From: Bacteroidales bacterium
GTDB lineage: Bacteria; Bacteroidota; Bacteroidia; Bacteroidales; BM520
Reading direction: 5' to 3'
Assembly (NCBI GenBank): GCA_016285515.1
Contig: JAEEQW010000003.1
Span: 122,316 to 186,315, forward strand
DNA length: 64,000 nucleotides
Below the pieces are notes generated by a model that did no database searches, was not told the DNA's origin, and was given only the letters and a program-made list of their open reading frames with translations. Of the stretch, positions 49,026 through 58,614 are shown one piece after another. Each line of letters begins with the position of its first letter. Within the stretch, counting starts at the first letter, position 1. A program made the position numbers and the translations under genes.

Positions 49026-50068
49026 TCTTGTAACAACTCGGCGAGCATCGCATCCAATTCGTCAGGTCCTTTGTCACGGGCGATGATCACGCCTGTTTGG
49101 CCTTCGATTAGCAACGTGCAAGGATAAGCATCAAGAGCATAATCGTACCGGGCTTTAGAGTCTTTTCTTCCTCCGCTGAAGTCACAAACGTTGACCCATG
49201 TCATATTTTTTTCGGCGAGACAGGATTTCCATAATTCGTAACGTCCTTTAGTATCGGCAGACATACCGTATATCTCAAGACCTTTATCATGATATTTTGC
49301 GTATAGCTCCACTAATTTAGGCAGAGTTTCTACGCATCCACTACACCAGGTGGCCCAGAAATCAACGAGAATATAACGGTTGGCAGGGTTGTTAACCACT
49401 GAACTCAAGCTGATAAGGTTGCCGTCCACATCAGGATACTCCATATCGATGTACATTCCACCAGGTTCGGTCTTCAGGCGGCGTGTCAATTCTTCCCTCA
49501 ATTCGGCGACAAAGTCCAAATTGGCCAATTCGGGCGACAAGCGGTTCAAAGCGTCCAACCCCTGTGCCGAAGAATTGCACCTGTTGCTGACTATATCCAA
49601 CGCCAACGCTCCTGTTTGTTCGGCATTAAGAACCGAATCCATTAAGGCATTGGCAGCCTCCCGGTTTCCACTATCGAAAAATGCTTTACATCTGCGATCC
49701 ACGTCGTTAGAAGGAGTGCCAATGGCTCCGGTACCGTAATCGTCTTCATCAGTGGCATCCACTTCCACGAGAATGGTCCCCGGTTCAAGGATGAAATCTT
49801 TCAATTGGTCCTCATCTTTGGTGTATAGATACACATGGGTTGGTGCGGAAATGTTGGGATGAAACTCGAAGGCTCCATCTTTTACAGTGGTAGTCGCTAT
49901 CACTTTAAAATGCTGGAACTCATCCAGCAGTTCAAGTTTTGTGCCGTCTTTTAGTCCTTTCACGGTACCCTTGACGGTGCAATAGTCAGATTGTTTTTGG
50001 TTGGAATGGCATCCGACGAAACCAATCAGTATCGATAATGCAATAGATAATAATGTTTTTGTTTTCAT
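49022..50068 (-). CDS. TlpA-family thiol:disulfide oxidoreductase lipoprotein (DUF4369 N-terminal domain)
   Basis: 348 aa with lipobox LIGFVGCHS and thioredoxin motif WATWCSGC. There is a 4-nt overlap with the downstream protease gene. Confidence 0.85.
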   Translation of the reverse strand: MKTKTLLSIALSILIGFVGCHSNQKQSDYCTVKGTVKGLKDGTKLELLDEFQHFKVIATTTVKDGAFEFHPNISAPTHVYLYTKDEDQLKDFILEPGTILVEVDATDEDDYGTGAIGTPSNDVDRRCKAFFDSGNREAANALMDSVLNAEQTGALALDIVSNRCNSSAQGLDALNRLSPELANLDFVAELREELTRRLKTEPGGMYIDMEYPDVDGNLISLSSVVNNPANRYILVDFWATWCSGCVETLPKLVELYAKYHDKGLEIYGMSADTKGRYELWKSCLAEKNMTWVNVCDFSGGRKDSKARYDYALDAYPCTLLIEGQTGVIIARDKGPDELDAMLAELLQD

Positions 50069-50087
50069 ATAAGTAATTATTAAGTAA

Positions 50088-50906
50088 TTATTTAAGAGCT
50101 TTCACAGGACATTCTTTAGTGCATTTGTGGCACAGGATGCATTCGGTTGCGTTTTTGCGCTTGCGGGAATCGTTGTTCACTTCGACTTCCATTGGGCAGA
50201 CCTTTAGGCATTTGCCACAGTTGATGCATTTGCTTTCATCGCAGTGGATGCGGAGCAGAGAAAAATAACTCATCGGTTTGAGGAAGACCGTGATAGGGCA
50301 GATATATTTGCAGAAGGCGCGGTTGTCCTTAAACACCACAGCGAGGGTGATGCCGACCACGTAATAGACCAAGTTGCCGATGAGGAACAGCATGAACATT
50401 GTGTGCTTGTTGGCTTTGTCAAAATGGAACAGCAGGAGGACAAGGATTAACGATAAGGCGAACACGATATATCGTATGAAGCCTATCTTCTTTCTTGGGC
50501 CCTGTGGCTGTTTGAAGGGGAGAAGGTCGAGAATCATGGCTGTCCAACAGGCGTAGCCGCACCAGCCGCGGCCGAAAAGCATCGGTCCGAAGATCTTGGC
50601 GATAAGATAATGCAACACGCCAGCACCAACCACACCGGAAAACAGATAGTACCAGAAGCCTTCAATCTGCATGTTTTCCTTGCAAATCAAACCGAGAAAG
50701 ACGAGAATGTAGGCGCCAACGCCGAACTGGACGAACTCGCGGGCGTATTTCTTTCCCGCTGCCTGCAAGATTCCACCGATTCCGATACAGAGGCCAATGT
50801 AGGTGAAGTTGAGCAAATAGAACAGATTTCCCGTTGCCAGCCAGAGTGATATGGCTATGGCTTCAAATACGGCAAATATGATTATAGGTGATTTGTACTT
50901 TTTCAT
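50088..50906 (-). CDS. Membrane-bound 4Fe-4S ferredoxin-type protein (NapH/MauN-like)
   Basis: 272 aa with about 6 TM helices and two C-terminal CxxCxxCxxxCP clusters (CINCGKCLKVCP and CILCHKCTKECP). Confidence 0.8.
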   Translation of the reverse strand: MKKYKSPIIIFAVFEAIAISLWLATGNLFYLLNFTYIGLCIGIGGILQAAGKKYAREFVQFGVGAYILVFLGLICKENMQIEGFWYYLFSGVVGAGVLHYLIAKIFGPMLFGRGWCGYACWTAMILDLLPFKQPQGPRKKIGFIRYIVFALSLILVLLLFHFDKANKHTMFMLFLIGNLVYYVVGITLAVVFKDNRAFCKYICPITVFLKPMSYFSLLRIHCDESKCINCGKCLKVCPMEVEVNNDSRKRKNATECILCHKCTKECPVKALK

Positions 50907-50922
50907 TTTTTCATCAACATCT

Positions 50923-51477
50923 TTACAACTCCGTAAACTTCACAAACTGCTCCGCCTGCTCCTTCAGTTGAGCCATCTGCTCGTCGGTAAGGTGGAACTC
51001 GCCTTTGGTCCAAGCCTCCACGCCGAGAGCAATGCCCGTTTGCGGCTCTTTCATAACGTCCATTTTTATGAACTCTAAAAGTTCGTTCAGTTTGGCGCGA
51101 CATGAGGCGGTCTGGTTCTTGCCACCGGCACCGCTTACCGTGATTTTCTTGCCCACAACAGCCGAAGGATTGGCGAAATTGCTCATATCCATCGGGCGCG
51201 AGAGCCAGTCGAAAAGGTTCTTCAGCAGGCCAGGATAACTGAAATTGTATTCCGGCGTGAAAATCCAAATGCCGTCGGCATTCAGAATCTGCTGGCGCAC
51301 ACGGCTTACCGCGGTCGGAACTGAAGTCTCCAAGTCCTGATTCATCAGCGGAACGTCTTCAAATTCGAGGTATGTGATGCTGAGACGGTCAGCCAGTATA
51401 TGTTCTGCAATTTTGGCCAACTGTCGATTGAATGATTGCTTACGCAGCGAGCCAATAATAAAAATGATATTTTTCAT
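50923..51477 (-). CDS. NADPH-dependent FMN reductase family protein
   Basis: 184 aa starting MKNIIFIIGSLRKQSFNRQLA, with the pattern PEYNFSYPGLLKN. Confidence 0.85.
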   Translation of the reverse strand: MKNIIFIIGSLRKQSFNRQLAKIAEHILADRLSITYLEFEDVPLMNQDLETSVPTAVSRVRQQILNADGIWIFTPEYNFSYPGLLKNLFDWLSRPMDMSNFANPSAVVGKKITVSGAGGKNQTASCRAKLNELLEFIKMDVMKEPQTGIALGVEAWTKGEFHLTDEQMAQLKEQAEQFVKFTEL

Positions 51478-51544
51478 AGCGTGTCTTTTTAATGATTGTA
51501 TTTCCCAATGATGAACAGGCGATGGTGTTCATCCAAAACGAATA

Positions 51545-52864
51545 TTACTTTGCGTAGAGTGCAACGAGCGTCTCGTACTTCTCTTGCTTGCCGCTGGTGG
51601 TCTTTGGCTCGCCAACATGCTTGCCATAGTCGTAGATTTGTTCGAAGCTGAGTTTGCCCTCCTCGAATTCACGACCAATGCCACTGTCGAAGGAGGCATA
51701 GCGGGCTTTTTTCATGGCTGGCAGTTCACTGTGCTCGAAGATGTCAGCAGCACTGAGCAATGCGCGTGCCATGGCATCCATGCCACTGATATGGGCGATG
51801 AAGATGTCCTCGGGGTCGGTGCTGTTGCGGCGCAACTTGGCATCAAAGTTAGTCCCACCAGTGGTGAAGCCTCCTCCACGGATGATCTCCATCCAAGCTT
51901 GTGTCAGTTCATAGTTGTCAATGGGGAACTGGTCGGTGTCCCAGCCGTTTTGCATGTCACCGCGGTTGGCATCGATGCTGCCCAACATGCCGTTATCTAC
52001 AGCGCAGGCCAGCTCATGCTCGAAGGTATGTCCTGCAAGCGTGGCATGGTTGACTTCAATATTTACCTTGAAATCCTTGTCCAATCCATGAGCGCGTAGG
52101 AAGGCAATGACGGTCTCGGTGTCCACGTCGTACTGGTGCTTCATGGGTTCCATAGGCTTGGGCTCGATGAGGAAGGTGCCCTTGAAACCGTGGGCGCGAC
52201 CGTAGTCACGGGCTTTGGTGAGCATCATGGCGAGGTGGTCTTTTTCACGCTTTTGGTCGGTGTTGAGCAGGCTCATGTAACCCTCGCGGCCGCCCCAGAA
52301 GACGTAGTTCTCACCGCCGAGCTTGATAGTGGCGTCGATGCTGTTTTTGATTTGTACCACGGCACGGGCCACCACATCGAAGTCTGGATTGGTGGCGGCG
52401 CCGTTCATGTAACGCTTGTGGCCGAAGACGTTGGCGGTGCCCCACAGCAGATGGATGTCGGGATACTGACGCATCTTCTCCAACGCATAGTCAGTGATGA
52501 TGCGCATGCGTTCCTCGTATTCCTCCACCGTGGCACCCTCTTCAACGAGGTCCACATCGTGGAAACAGAAGAAGTGGATGCCGAGTTTGTCCATCAACTC
52601 GAAACCAGCGTCCATTTTGTCCTTGGCGCGTTGGATGGGGTCGGTGGCTTTGTCCCATTCATAAGAGCGTGTTTGTCCGCCGAAAGGGTCGCCGCTGGCC
52701 TGACCAAGCGAGTGCCACCAGGCCATCGCGAAGCGCATCCAGTCTTTCATCTTCTTGCCCAGCACTACACGTTCGGGCTCATAATAATGGAATGCCAATA
52801 CATTCTTACTTTCTATTCCCTCGAAGGGAATTATGCCGATTTGAGGGAAAAATTCTTTTGCCAT
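51545..52864 (-). CDS. xylA: Xylose isomerase
   Basis: 439 aa with the full-length class II XylA pattern (FCFHDVD, WGGREGY, LIEPKP, NIEVNHATLAGH). Confidence 0.95.
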   Translation of the reverse strand: MAKEFFPQIGIIPFEGIESKNVLAFHYYEPERVVLGKKMKDWMRFAMAWWHSLGQASGDPFGGQTRSYEWDKATDPIQRAKDKMDAGFELMDKLGIHFFCFHDVDLVEEGATVEEYEERMRIITDYALEKMRQYPDIHLLWGTANVFGHKRYMNGAATNPDFDVVARAVVQIKNSIDATIKLGGENYVFWGGREGYMSLLNTDQKREKDHLAMMLTKARDYGRAHGFKGTFLIEPKPMEPMKHQYDVDTETVIAFLRAHGLDKDFKVNIEVNHATLAGHTFEHELACAVDNGMLGSIDANRGDMQNGWDTDQFPIDNYELTQAWMEIIRGGGFTTGGTNFDAKLRRNSTDPEDIFIAHISGMDAMARALLSAADIFEHSELPAMKKARYASFDSGIGREFEEGKLSFEQIYDYGKHVGEPKTTSGKQEKYETLVALYAK

Positions 52865-52885
52865 ATATTATTTAATTTTAAATTT

Positions 52886-53365
52886 CTAAAAACGCCGTCT
52901 TTTGCGGCAGTATGCCTCATACTCCTCACCGAAATCGCGGCGGAGACGGCTTTCTTCGCTAAGTACCTGCACGAACATTATGACGAAGAAAACTGCCCAT
53001 ACCAAACAGGCTTGCCAACACCACAGCCACACCGCCCATCCGGCAAGATAGGTAAGGGTACCTGTCAGCATCGGGTTGCGGTTGAGGCGATAAGGACCGT
53101 CAGTCATCAGATGTTGTGTGCGCGGTGCAACCTCATGTCCGAAGGCGTCCATGGGGTTGCCTTTGCCGCATCGACGCATGTAGATGATGGTCCATACGCT
53201 CAGAGACAAACCGCCTATAGTCAGAATGCCGATGATGATGGCTTTCATCGCACCTACATGACCCAGTACAGGCATTCCCGATGCAAACCACATCACAGCG
53301 GGTATCAGAGCTACAAAGAGCAGCCCACCAAGCAGATATCCTGCTATTTCTTTCAATTGCTTCAT
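52886..53365 (-). CDS. Isoprenylcysteine carboxyl methyltransferase (ICMT/PEMT-like) family membrane protein
   Basis: 159 aa with 4 TM helices. The C-terminal motif is LMTDGPYRLNRNPMLTG...SEESRLRRDFGEEYEAY. Confidence 0.75.
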   Translation of the reverse strand: MKQLKEIAGYLLGGLLFVALIPAVMWFASGMPVLGHVGAMKAIIIGILTIGGLSLSVWTIIYMRRCGKGNPMDAFGHEVAPRTQHLMTDGPYRLNRNPMLTGTLTYLAGWAVWLWCWQACLVWAVFFVIMFVQVLSEESRLRRDFGEEYEAYCRKRRRF

Positions 53366-53685
53366 ACTTTCTTCTTCTTTGGTTTGGAATCAGGTAGGGC
53401 AGCACAGGTGGACTTCACCAATGCCGCCAGATAGTTGCGGTCATCCACATCCTCGATGTAGAAGTAGGGCTTTGCGCCATCGTAGGGCGGTCGCATGTCT
53501 TCGACTTTCAGTAAGGCACGTCCCGTGTCGGTGGGCTTCACATAGAAGCCGTTGTCACACACCAGACCGAATACTTTGCCATTGCAATAGACGCAATAGT
53601 CGCCCATCATTTTGCGGGCCGTAATCTCGCCCGCTCCACCGCACTGTTCGACGATATATTGTACGAAGTCAGGATTACTTGCCAT
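53362..53685 (-). CDS. TfoX N-terminal-domain protein
   Basis: 107 aa; MASNPDFVQYIVEQCGGAGEITARKMMGDYCVYCNGKVFGLVCDNGFYVK matches the TfoX_N pattern. There is a 4-nt overlap with the ICMT-like gene. Confidence 0.7.
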   Translation of the reverse strand: MASNPDFVQYIVEQCGGAGEITARKMMGDYCVYCNGKVFGLVCDNGFYVKPTDTGRALLKVEDMRPPYDGAKPYFYIEDVDDRNYLAALVKSTCAALPDSKPKKKKV

Positions 53686-53695
53686 GAAATATTGG

Positions 53696-55132
53696 TTAAT
53701 GGTTAAAGGTTAATGATAGTTCTAATAATGATTTCCAATGTTGGTATGTATCCTTTAATGGATTCATATAATCTTTACGAGGTTCGACGGTGGCCAGCTG
53801 GTGGAGTGGGGCAAAGGCTTCGTTTTCGTTGGCGTAGATGCCTGAGCCAAGTCCTGCACCACGGGCGGCTCCAACGCTTCCATCAGTGTCAAACAGGCTG
53901 ATAGTGGCACCGCTGATAGTGGCCAATGTATCACGGAAGAGTGGAGAGAGGAACATATTGGCGTGGCCGGCATGAATTTCTTTGATGTCGCCCATAAGTT
54001 CCATACCGTACATAAAGGCAAAGGCGATTCCTTCCTGAGCGGCACGCAGCAGGTGAGCACGGTTGTGGCGGTTGAAGTTGAGGCCGTGTATGGAGGAACC
54101 GATATCCTTGTTTCCCAGCACACGTTCAGCTCCGTTGCCAAAGGGGATGATACTGACACCTTCGCTACCAACTGGAACGGTGGCAGCGAGGTCGTTCATC
54201 TGACCATACGACAGGTCGGCAGCCAAATTGTGCCGTAACCACGAATTGAGGATGCCACAACCGTTGATGCAATGCATCAGGCCGAGATTGTGGTTGACAT
54301 GCAAGAATGTGTTGATTTCATTCTTCGTTCTGCATTCTTCATTCTGCACTATTCCATAGACAACCCCAGAGGTGCCAGCTGTGGCTGCAATCTCGCCAGG
54401 GTTGAAGACATTTAGCGAGAGGGCATTGTTGGGCTGGTCGCCTGCCCTGTAAGTTACTGGGATGCCCTCATGAAGCCCCAACTCGGCAGCAGTTCTGGCA
54501 CTCACGCGTCCCTGCTCGCCAAAGGTGGGCACCAATGGCGGTAGAATGCTTTTAGAAAAGCCGAAGTAATCCATCATAGATGATGAGACGTCATTTGCTT
54601 TGAAGTCCCATAACATCATCTCGCTCAGTCCACAGGCGGTGGTGGCAGGTGTTCCCGTAAGGCGCAAAGCCAAGTAGTCGCCTGGAAGCATGATGTAGTG
54701 TATCTTATCAAACAAAGCGGGCTCGTTTTCTTTCACCCATGCCAGCTTCGAAGCGGTGAAATTGCCTGGTATTGGGGCATGTTTGCCGTATGGCACACCA
54801 CGTGAGTCGCACCAGATGATGGCGTCACGCAAAGGCTGAAAATCCTTGTCGAGACAGACAAGTCCATGCATCTGGTAGCTGATGCCAATGGCCTCGATTA
54901 TGTTGGGCTTTGAAAGTGATGAGTTAAGTTTTGAATTGGCTTTTTGCAAGGCCATTTTGAAATAATGCCACCAGTCGTCGGATTTCTGCTCAGCCCAGCC
55001 AGGCTGCAAAGCCTTGATGGGTGCCTCGGTCTCTGGCCAATACGCTGATGCCTTGCACTCGCCACTTTCGGCTTCCACCAGCGACACTTTCACACTGCTG
55101 CTGCCTAAGTCTATTCCTAATAAATAACTCAT
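53696..55132 (-). CDS. xylB: Xylulokinase (FGGY carbohydrate kinase)
   Basis: 478 aa starting MSYLLGIDLGSSSVKV, with both FGGY domains and a xyl-operon context. Confidence 0.85.
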   Translation of the reverse strand: MSYLLGIDLGSSSVKVSLVEAESGECKASAYWPETEAPIKALQPGWAEQKSDDWWHYFKMALQKANSKLNSSLSKPNIIEAIGISYQMHGLVCLDKDFQPLRDAIIWCDSRGVPYGKHAPIPGNFTASKLAWVKENEPALFDKIHYIMLPGDYLALRLTGTPATTACGLSEMMLWDFKANDVSSSMMDYFGFSKSILPPLVPTFGEQGRVSARTAAELGLHEGIPVTYRAGDQPNNALSLNVFNPGEIAATAGTSGVVYGIVQNEECRTKNEINTFLHVNHNLGLMHCINGCGILNSWLRHNLAADLSYGQMNDLAATVPVGSEGVSIIPFGNGAERVLGNKDIGSSIHGLNFNRHNRAHLLRAAQEGIAFAFMYGMELMGDIKEIHAGHANMFLSPLFRDTLATISGATISLFDTDGSVGAARGAGLGSGIYANENEAFAPLHQLATVEPRKDYMNPLKDTYQHWKSLLELSLTFNH

Positions 55133-55171
55133 AACACTTGCAACTTTATACTTTCAACTGACTCCAAGTCC

Positions 55172-56641
55172 TCAACTTTTCTTCTTCCACAAGCGACTCA
55201 TATCCTCCAGCGTCTTGCCCTTGGTTTCAGGCACGAGGCGCCAAACGAAGACTGCTGCAACGATGCACATCACACCATAAAGACCATAGGTAAACCAGTG
55301 ACCGAAGTCATCACCCGCGGTAATATGCATATTGAACATCGGCACAAAGGTGCTGCTGACGATGAAGTTGAATATCCATTGGGCGGCAACGGCAATGGCG
55401 ACGGCAGTACCGCGGACTGTGTTGGGGAAAATCTCCGAGATAAGCACCCAGCAGATGGGACCCCAAGAAAACATGAACGATGCGCTGTAGAGCATAATGC
55501 TTACCATCGCGACAAGCTCCAGACCTGCCTTACCAAAAGTCAGCGCTACACCAAATGCACCCAAAGCCATTCCTAATGAGCCAGTGATAAGCAGAGGCTT
55601 ACGTCCCCAACGCTCAACGGTGAAGATGGCCACTAAAGTAAAGAGGATGTTCACAACGCCCATCATCACGGTGTTGAACATCGGGTTGGAAAGACCCATG
55701 TCGCCAAAAATGCGCGGCGCATAATAGAGCACGGCATTAATACCAACCACTTGCTGGAACACACTAAGCATCACACCGATGAAGATAACAAGCCATCCGT
55801 AGGTGAAGAGGCGCTCGGTGCGAACGGTTACAGTGCTCTTTATGTCGGAGAGAATTTCCTGCGCTTGGGCCGTACCATTGATGCGCGACAAGATGCCTAA
55901 GGCCCGGTCGTTCCTGCCGACCATCACCAAATAGCGTGGCGACTCAGGCACAAAGCAAATCAAAATGGTGAAAATAGCTGCGGGGATGGCCTCGGACCCA
56001 AACATATAACGCCACCCGGTTTCGATGGTCCATGGGTCGCTGCCAGCGGCGACTTGGTTGAAACCATGCCCGATCTGCTCGATGACGGGATTAGTGTGGC
56101 TTCCCAATATCAAAAAGTTGACAAAATATACAACCAACTGCCCAAAAATGATGGCGAACTGGTTCCAACTCACCAACTGTCCGCGTTTCGATGCAGGGGA
56201 AATCTCGCCGATGTACATGGGACAAATGGCTGATGCCAGTCCCACTCCCATACCGCCAATGACACGATAGAAGTTAAACATCCACAGAAGACTCAGCGTC
56301 GGAACGCCCTTCTCGAAGAAGAGAAATTCAGGACGCATCGAACCTAATGCCGACACGAAGAAAAGCACTCCTGCCAGCACCAACGACTTTTTACGACCGA
56401 GTTGAGTGGCCAGCAGGCCGCTAAGCAGAGCTCCTATGATACAGCCTATCAAAGCGCTACTTGAGGTAAAACCGTGCATGAAGTCGCTGTATTGGAAGTC
56501 GGTGGCACCGAGGAAAAACGCCTGTAACCCTTTTTCTGCCCCTGAGATGACGGCAGTGTCATAGCCAAAGAGCAGTCCGCCGAGAACAGCCACCAGCACG
56601 ATGCTGTACAAATAGCCTTTGTTACCATTGTTTGTATTCAT
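55172..56641 (-). CDS. xylE: MFS sugar porter (D-xylose:H+ symporter-like)
   Basis: 489 aa with 12 TM helices and sugar-porter signatures (GRKKSL, PESPRYL, VERWGRKPLL). Confidence 0.85.
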   Translation of the reverse strand: MNTNNGNKGYLYSIVLVAVLGGLLFGYDTAVISGAEKGLQAFFLGATDFQYSDFMHGFTSSSALIGCIIGALLSGLLATQLGRKKSLVLAGVLFFVSALGSMRPEFLFFEKGVPTLSLLWMFNFYRVIGGMGVGLASAICPMYIGEISPASKRGQLVSWNQFAIIFGQLVVYFVNFLILGSHTNPVIEQIGHGFNQVAAGSDPWTIETGWRYMFGSEAIPAAIFTILICFVPESPRYLVMVGRNDRALGILSRINGTAQAQEILSDIKSTVTVRTERLFTYGWLVIFIGVMLSVFQQVVGINAVLYYAPRIFGDMGLSNPMFNTVMMGVVNILFTLVAIFTVERWGRKPLLITGSLGMALGAFGVALTFGKAGLELVAMVSIMLYSASFMFSWGPICWVLISEIFPNTVRGTAVAIAVAAQWIFNFIVSSTFVPMFNMHITAGDDFGHWFTYGLYGVMCIVAAVFVWRLVPETKGKTLEDMSRLWKKKS

Positions 56642-56666
56642 AGTATCAGATGATTTTTAAAAGGTG

Positions 56667-56674
56667 CAAAAATA
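56667..56674 (-). promoter_or_regulatory. -7 promoter box for the xylE-led array
   Basis: The reverse strand reads TATTTTTG, 26 nt upstream of the ATG at 56641. Confidence 0.5.
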
Positions 56675-56813
56675 AGACTTTTTCAAATGCAAACCAAACA
56701 AAAAATCTTCAACTAAAGCCTGCTCAAAATAAGCGGGATAAAACAAACCATCAGGAAAAGTCCCTTTCGAGTGCGCTTAAATCCATTTGAAATTCTCCTT
56801 TCCTGCGCCTATC

Positions 56814-57989
56814 TCAAAATGGTTTGTCGTCCAATGGGCGGGTGCAGCCCCAACCTTGGGCAAATTCTTCGAAACCTTTATTTATTTTGGCCAAAAACGC
56901 CAGACTAATTAACTTGCGCACTATCCAAGGGTACTGTTCCGGACCGGTGAACTTGGCGACTTTGGGAGTGAGAAAATTGCCTTTCTGCGCAAACAGACGC
57001 CCCATTTTTGCGTAGGGTGCCACCATTTTTGCGGCCATGTCGGGCTTGGAAGTGCGAATCAGAAAACTGCCTCCGTGAATCAGGCTTCCTCCGTAGCTAC
57101 AGCCGAGTTGTGCGGGCAATTCCTTTAGGAAACGCTCGCATAAACGATACTCATTCCCTTCGTCCATGCCTCCATGAAGGAGGAAAGAAATCTCGCCTTT
57201 TTGCGTTCGTTCGACAGGTAGCGTCTCTAAAAACTCCAGCATCAGGCCAGGCACGCACTCCACATAAAGTGGGAAGGCGATAAGGGTGCGCTCATGGGTA
57301 AGGAAGGCTTCGCGAGCAGCATTCCATTCATTGCGGTTGGAGAGGTTGTGGAGTTCCCAAGTGATGCCAGCTTTTTCCAGTCCTTTGGTGAATGAATGGA
57401 TAATCTTGTCCGTGTTGCTGAACTTTTCCACACGTGGGCTGCCGTTGATGATGACCAGGTGGGAGAGTTGAGAGTTTAGTGTTGTGAGGTGTGGATTTTG
57501 AATCCTGTCAGGCGTTTCTTTCAGAGCGATAGCCCCTATAGAATGCCCGCCTATATTTGCAGCGGTACGCTTGCACCAGTCTTCCATCATCGACTGTTCG
57601 GCAGCACCTTTGTACAGAAGGCCGATGTTCAGAGCGTGGTAGCGCAACTCGTGCCGCATCCATCCGTCGCGGAAGCCGAGCGTCATGTTCAGCATGGGCA
57701 TAATGCGGTCCATCAGCCGTTTTCCCTTGTGGCTCAGAAAGCCGAAATGTGTATCGGAAACAATCCATAGGTTTTCGGCTTGTATCAGCTTTTTGAGGAT
57801 GTCTTCATAATCGTCCTTGATGGCGCAAATGCCGGGTGTCTTGAGCCAGCACTGGTTGCAGCCCATGCAATGCGCAATCTTCATGTCGGAGGTGTCGATG
57901 ATTTCCACATCGCCATCTTTCTGTGGAATCAGTGTCCTTATCTGTTCCAAAACTTCCTCACCCAATGTGTTTAATACGATAGTCTTCAT
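56814..57989 (-). CDS. Double flavodoxin-like-fold protein (NAD(P)H-dependent oxidoreductase / iron-sulfur flavoprotein-like)
   Basis: 391 aa. The first half carries the compact Cys motif CMGCNQCWLKTPGIC typical of Isf-like flavoproteins. The second half (LVIINGSPR...) is a second flavodoxin-like unit. Confidence 0.65.
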   Translation of the reverse strand: MKTIVLNTLGEEVLEQIRTLIPQKDGDVEIIDTSDMKIAHCMGCNQCWLKTPGICAIKDDYEDILKKLIQAENLWIVSDTHFGFLSHKGKRLMDRIMPMLNMTLGFRDGWMRHELRYHALNIGLLYKGAAEQSMMEDWCKRTAANIGGHSIGAIALKETPDRIQNPHLTTLNSQLSHLVIINGSPRVEKFSNTDKIIHSFTKGLEKAGITWELHNLSNRNEWNAAREAFLTHERTLIAFPLYVECVPGLMLEFLETLPVERTQKGEISFLLHGGMDEGNEYRLCERFLKELPAQLGCSYGGSLIHGGSFLIRTSKPDMAAKMVAPYAKMGRLFAQKGNFLTPKVAKFTGPEQYPWIVRKLISLAFLAKINKGFEEFAQGWGCTRPLDDKPF

Positions 57990-57998
57990 AATAGTTCA

Positions 57999-58499
57999 CT
58001 ATACGGTTTTATTTGTTCTTATGAAATGTCCTTCCTGAATGGCTGCAAAGGTAGCAAAAAAGCAAACTACTGCCCCGGTGTATTTTAAATCGATGAAGGA
58101 AATTGTCAACGGGAGGATAAACAGCAGCAATCCCGAAACTTTGTTCATTGTGCTGTGAACCGCAACGAATTGTTTTTGAACGACAAAACCAGAAATGATA
58201 TTGATGATTTTAATTAAAGCGATGACACCTATCCAAATACAGAGCCAAACGGGGATGTCCAGAATAGGAAGCAGCTTCACCAGACAAACGATGACAAAAA
58301 CAATATCTGCAATCGTGTCCAACTTATCACCCAACTCGCTTGCTGTATGAGTTCGTCTCGCGACCCAGCCATCCACCATATCGGAAACTCCGGCAGTGAG
58401 GTATAAGGCGTAAAAAGCCGACGAAAACGCTGGACAAAACAATAGTATGATGCTACAGAGAATCCGGATAATCGTTATGCCGTTGGCGAGTGCTTTCAT
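57999..58499 (-). CDS. CDP-alcohol phosphatidyltransferase family protein
   Basis: 166 aa with the signature DMVDGWVARR...G..LD.IAD (DG..AR...G...D...D). Confidence 0.85.
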   Translation of the reverse strand: MKALANGITIIRILCSIILLFCPAFSSAFYALYLTAGVSDMVDGWVARRTHTASELGDKLDTIADIVFVIVCLVKLLPILDIPVWLCIWIGVIALIKIINIISGFVVQKQFVAVHSTMNKVSGLLLFILPLTISFIDLKYTGAVVCFFATFAAIQEGHFIRTNKTV

Positions 58500-58614
58500 G
58501 GCCGCAAAGGTACGATTTGTATTTGAAACTACAAATAATCGACCTCAAGCTTGGCCTGATTGTCGCTGAGAATCATGAGACGGTTGCTGAGATGAAGATG
58601 TTACGATTTTCGGG

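Noticed and set aside
52136-53434. 432-aa plus-strand ORF, the longest unannotated ORF in the window.
   Set aside because: It runs antisense across xylA, the ICMT-like gene and the tfoX-like gene, all of which have clear family motifs on the minus strand. Its product is low-complexity (V/H/G/A-rich) with no recognisable motif. It is an expected by-product of GC-rich third codon positions.
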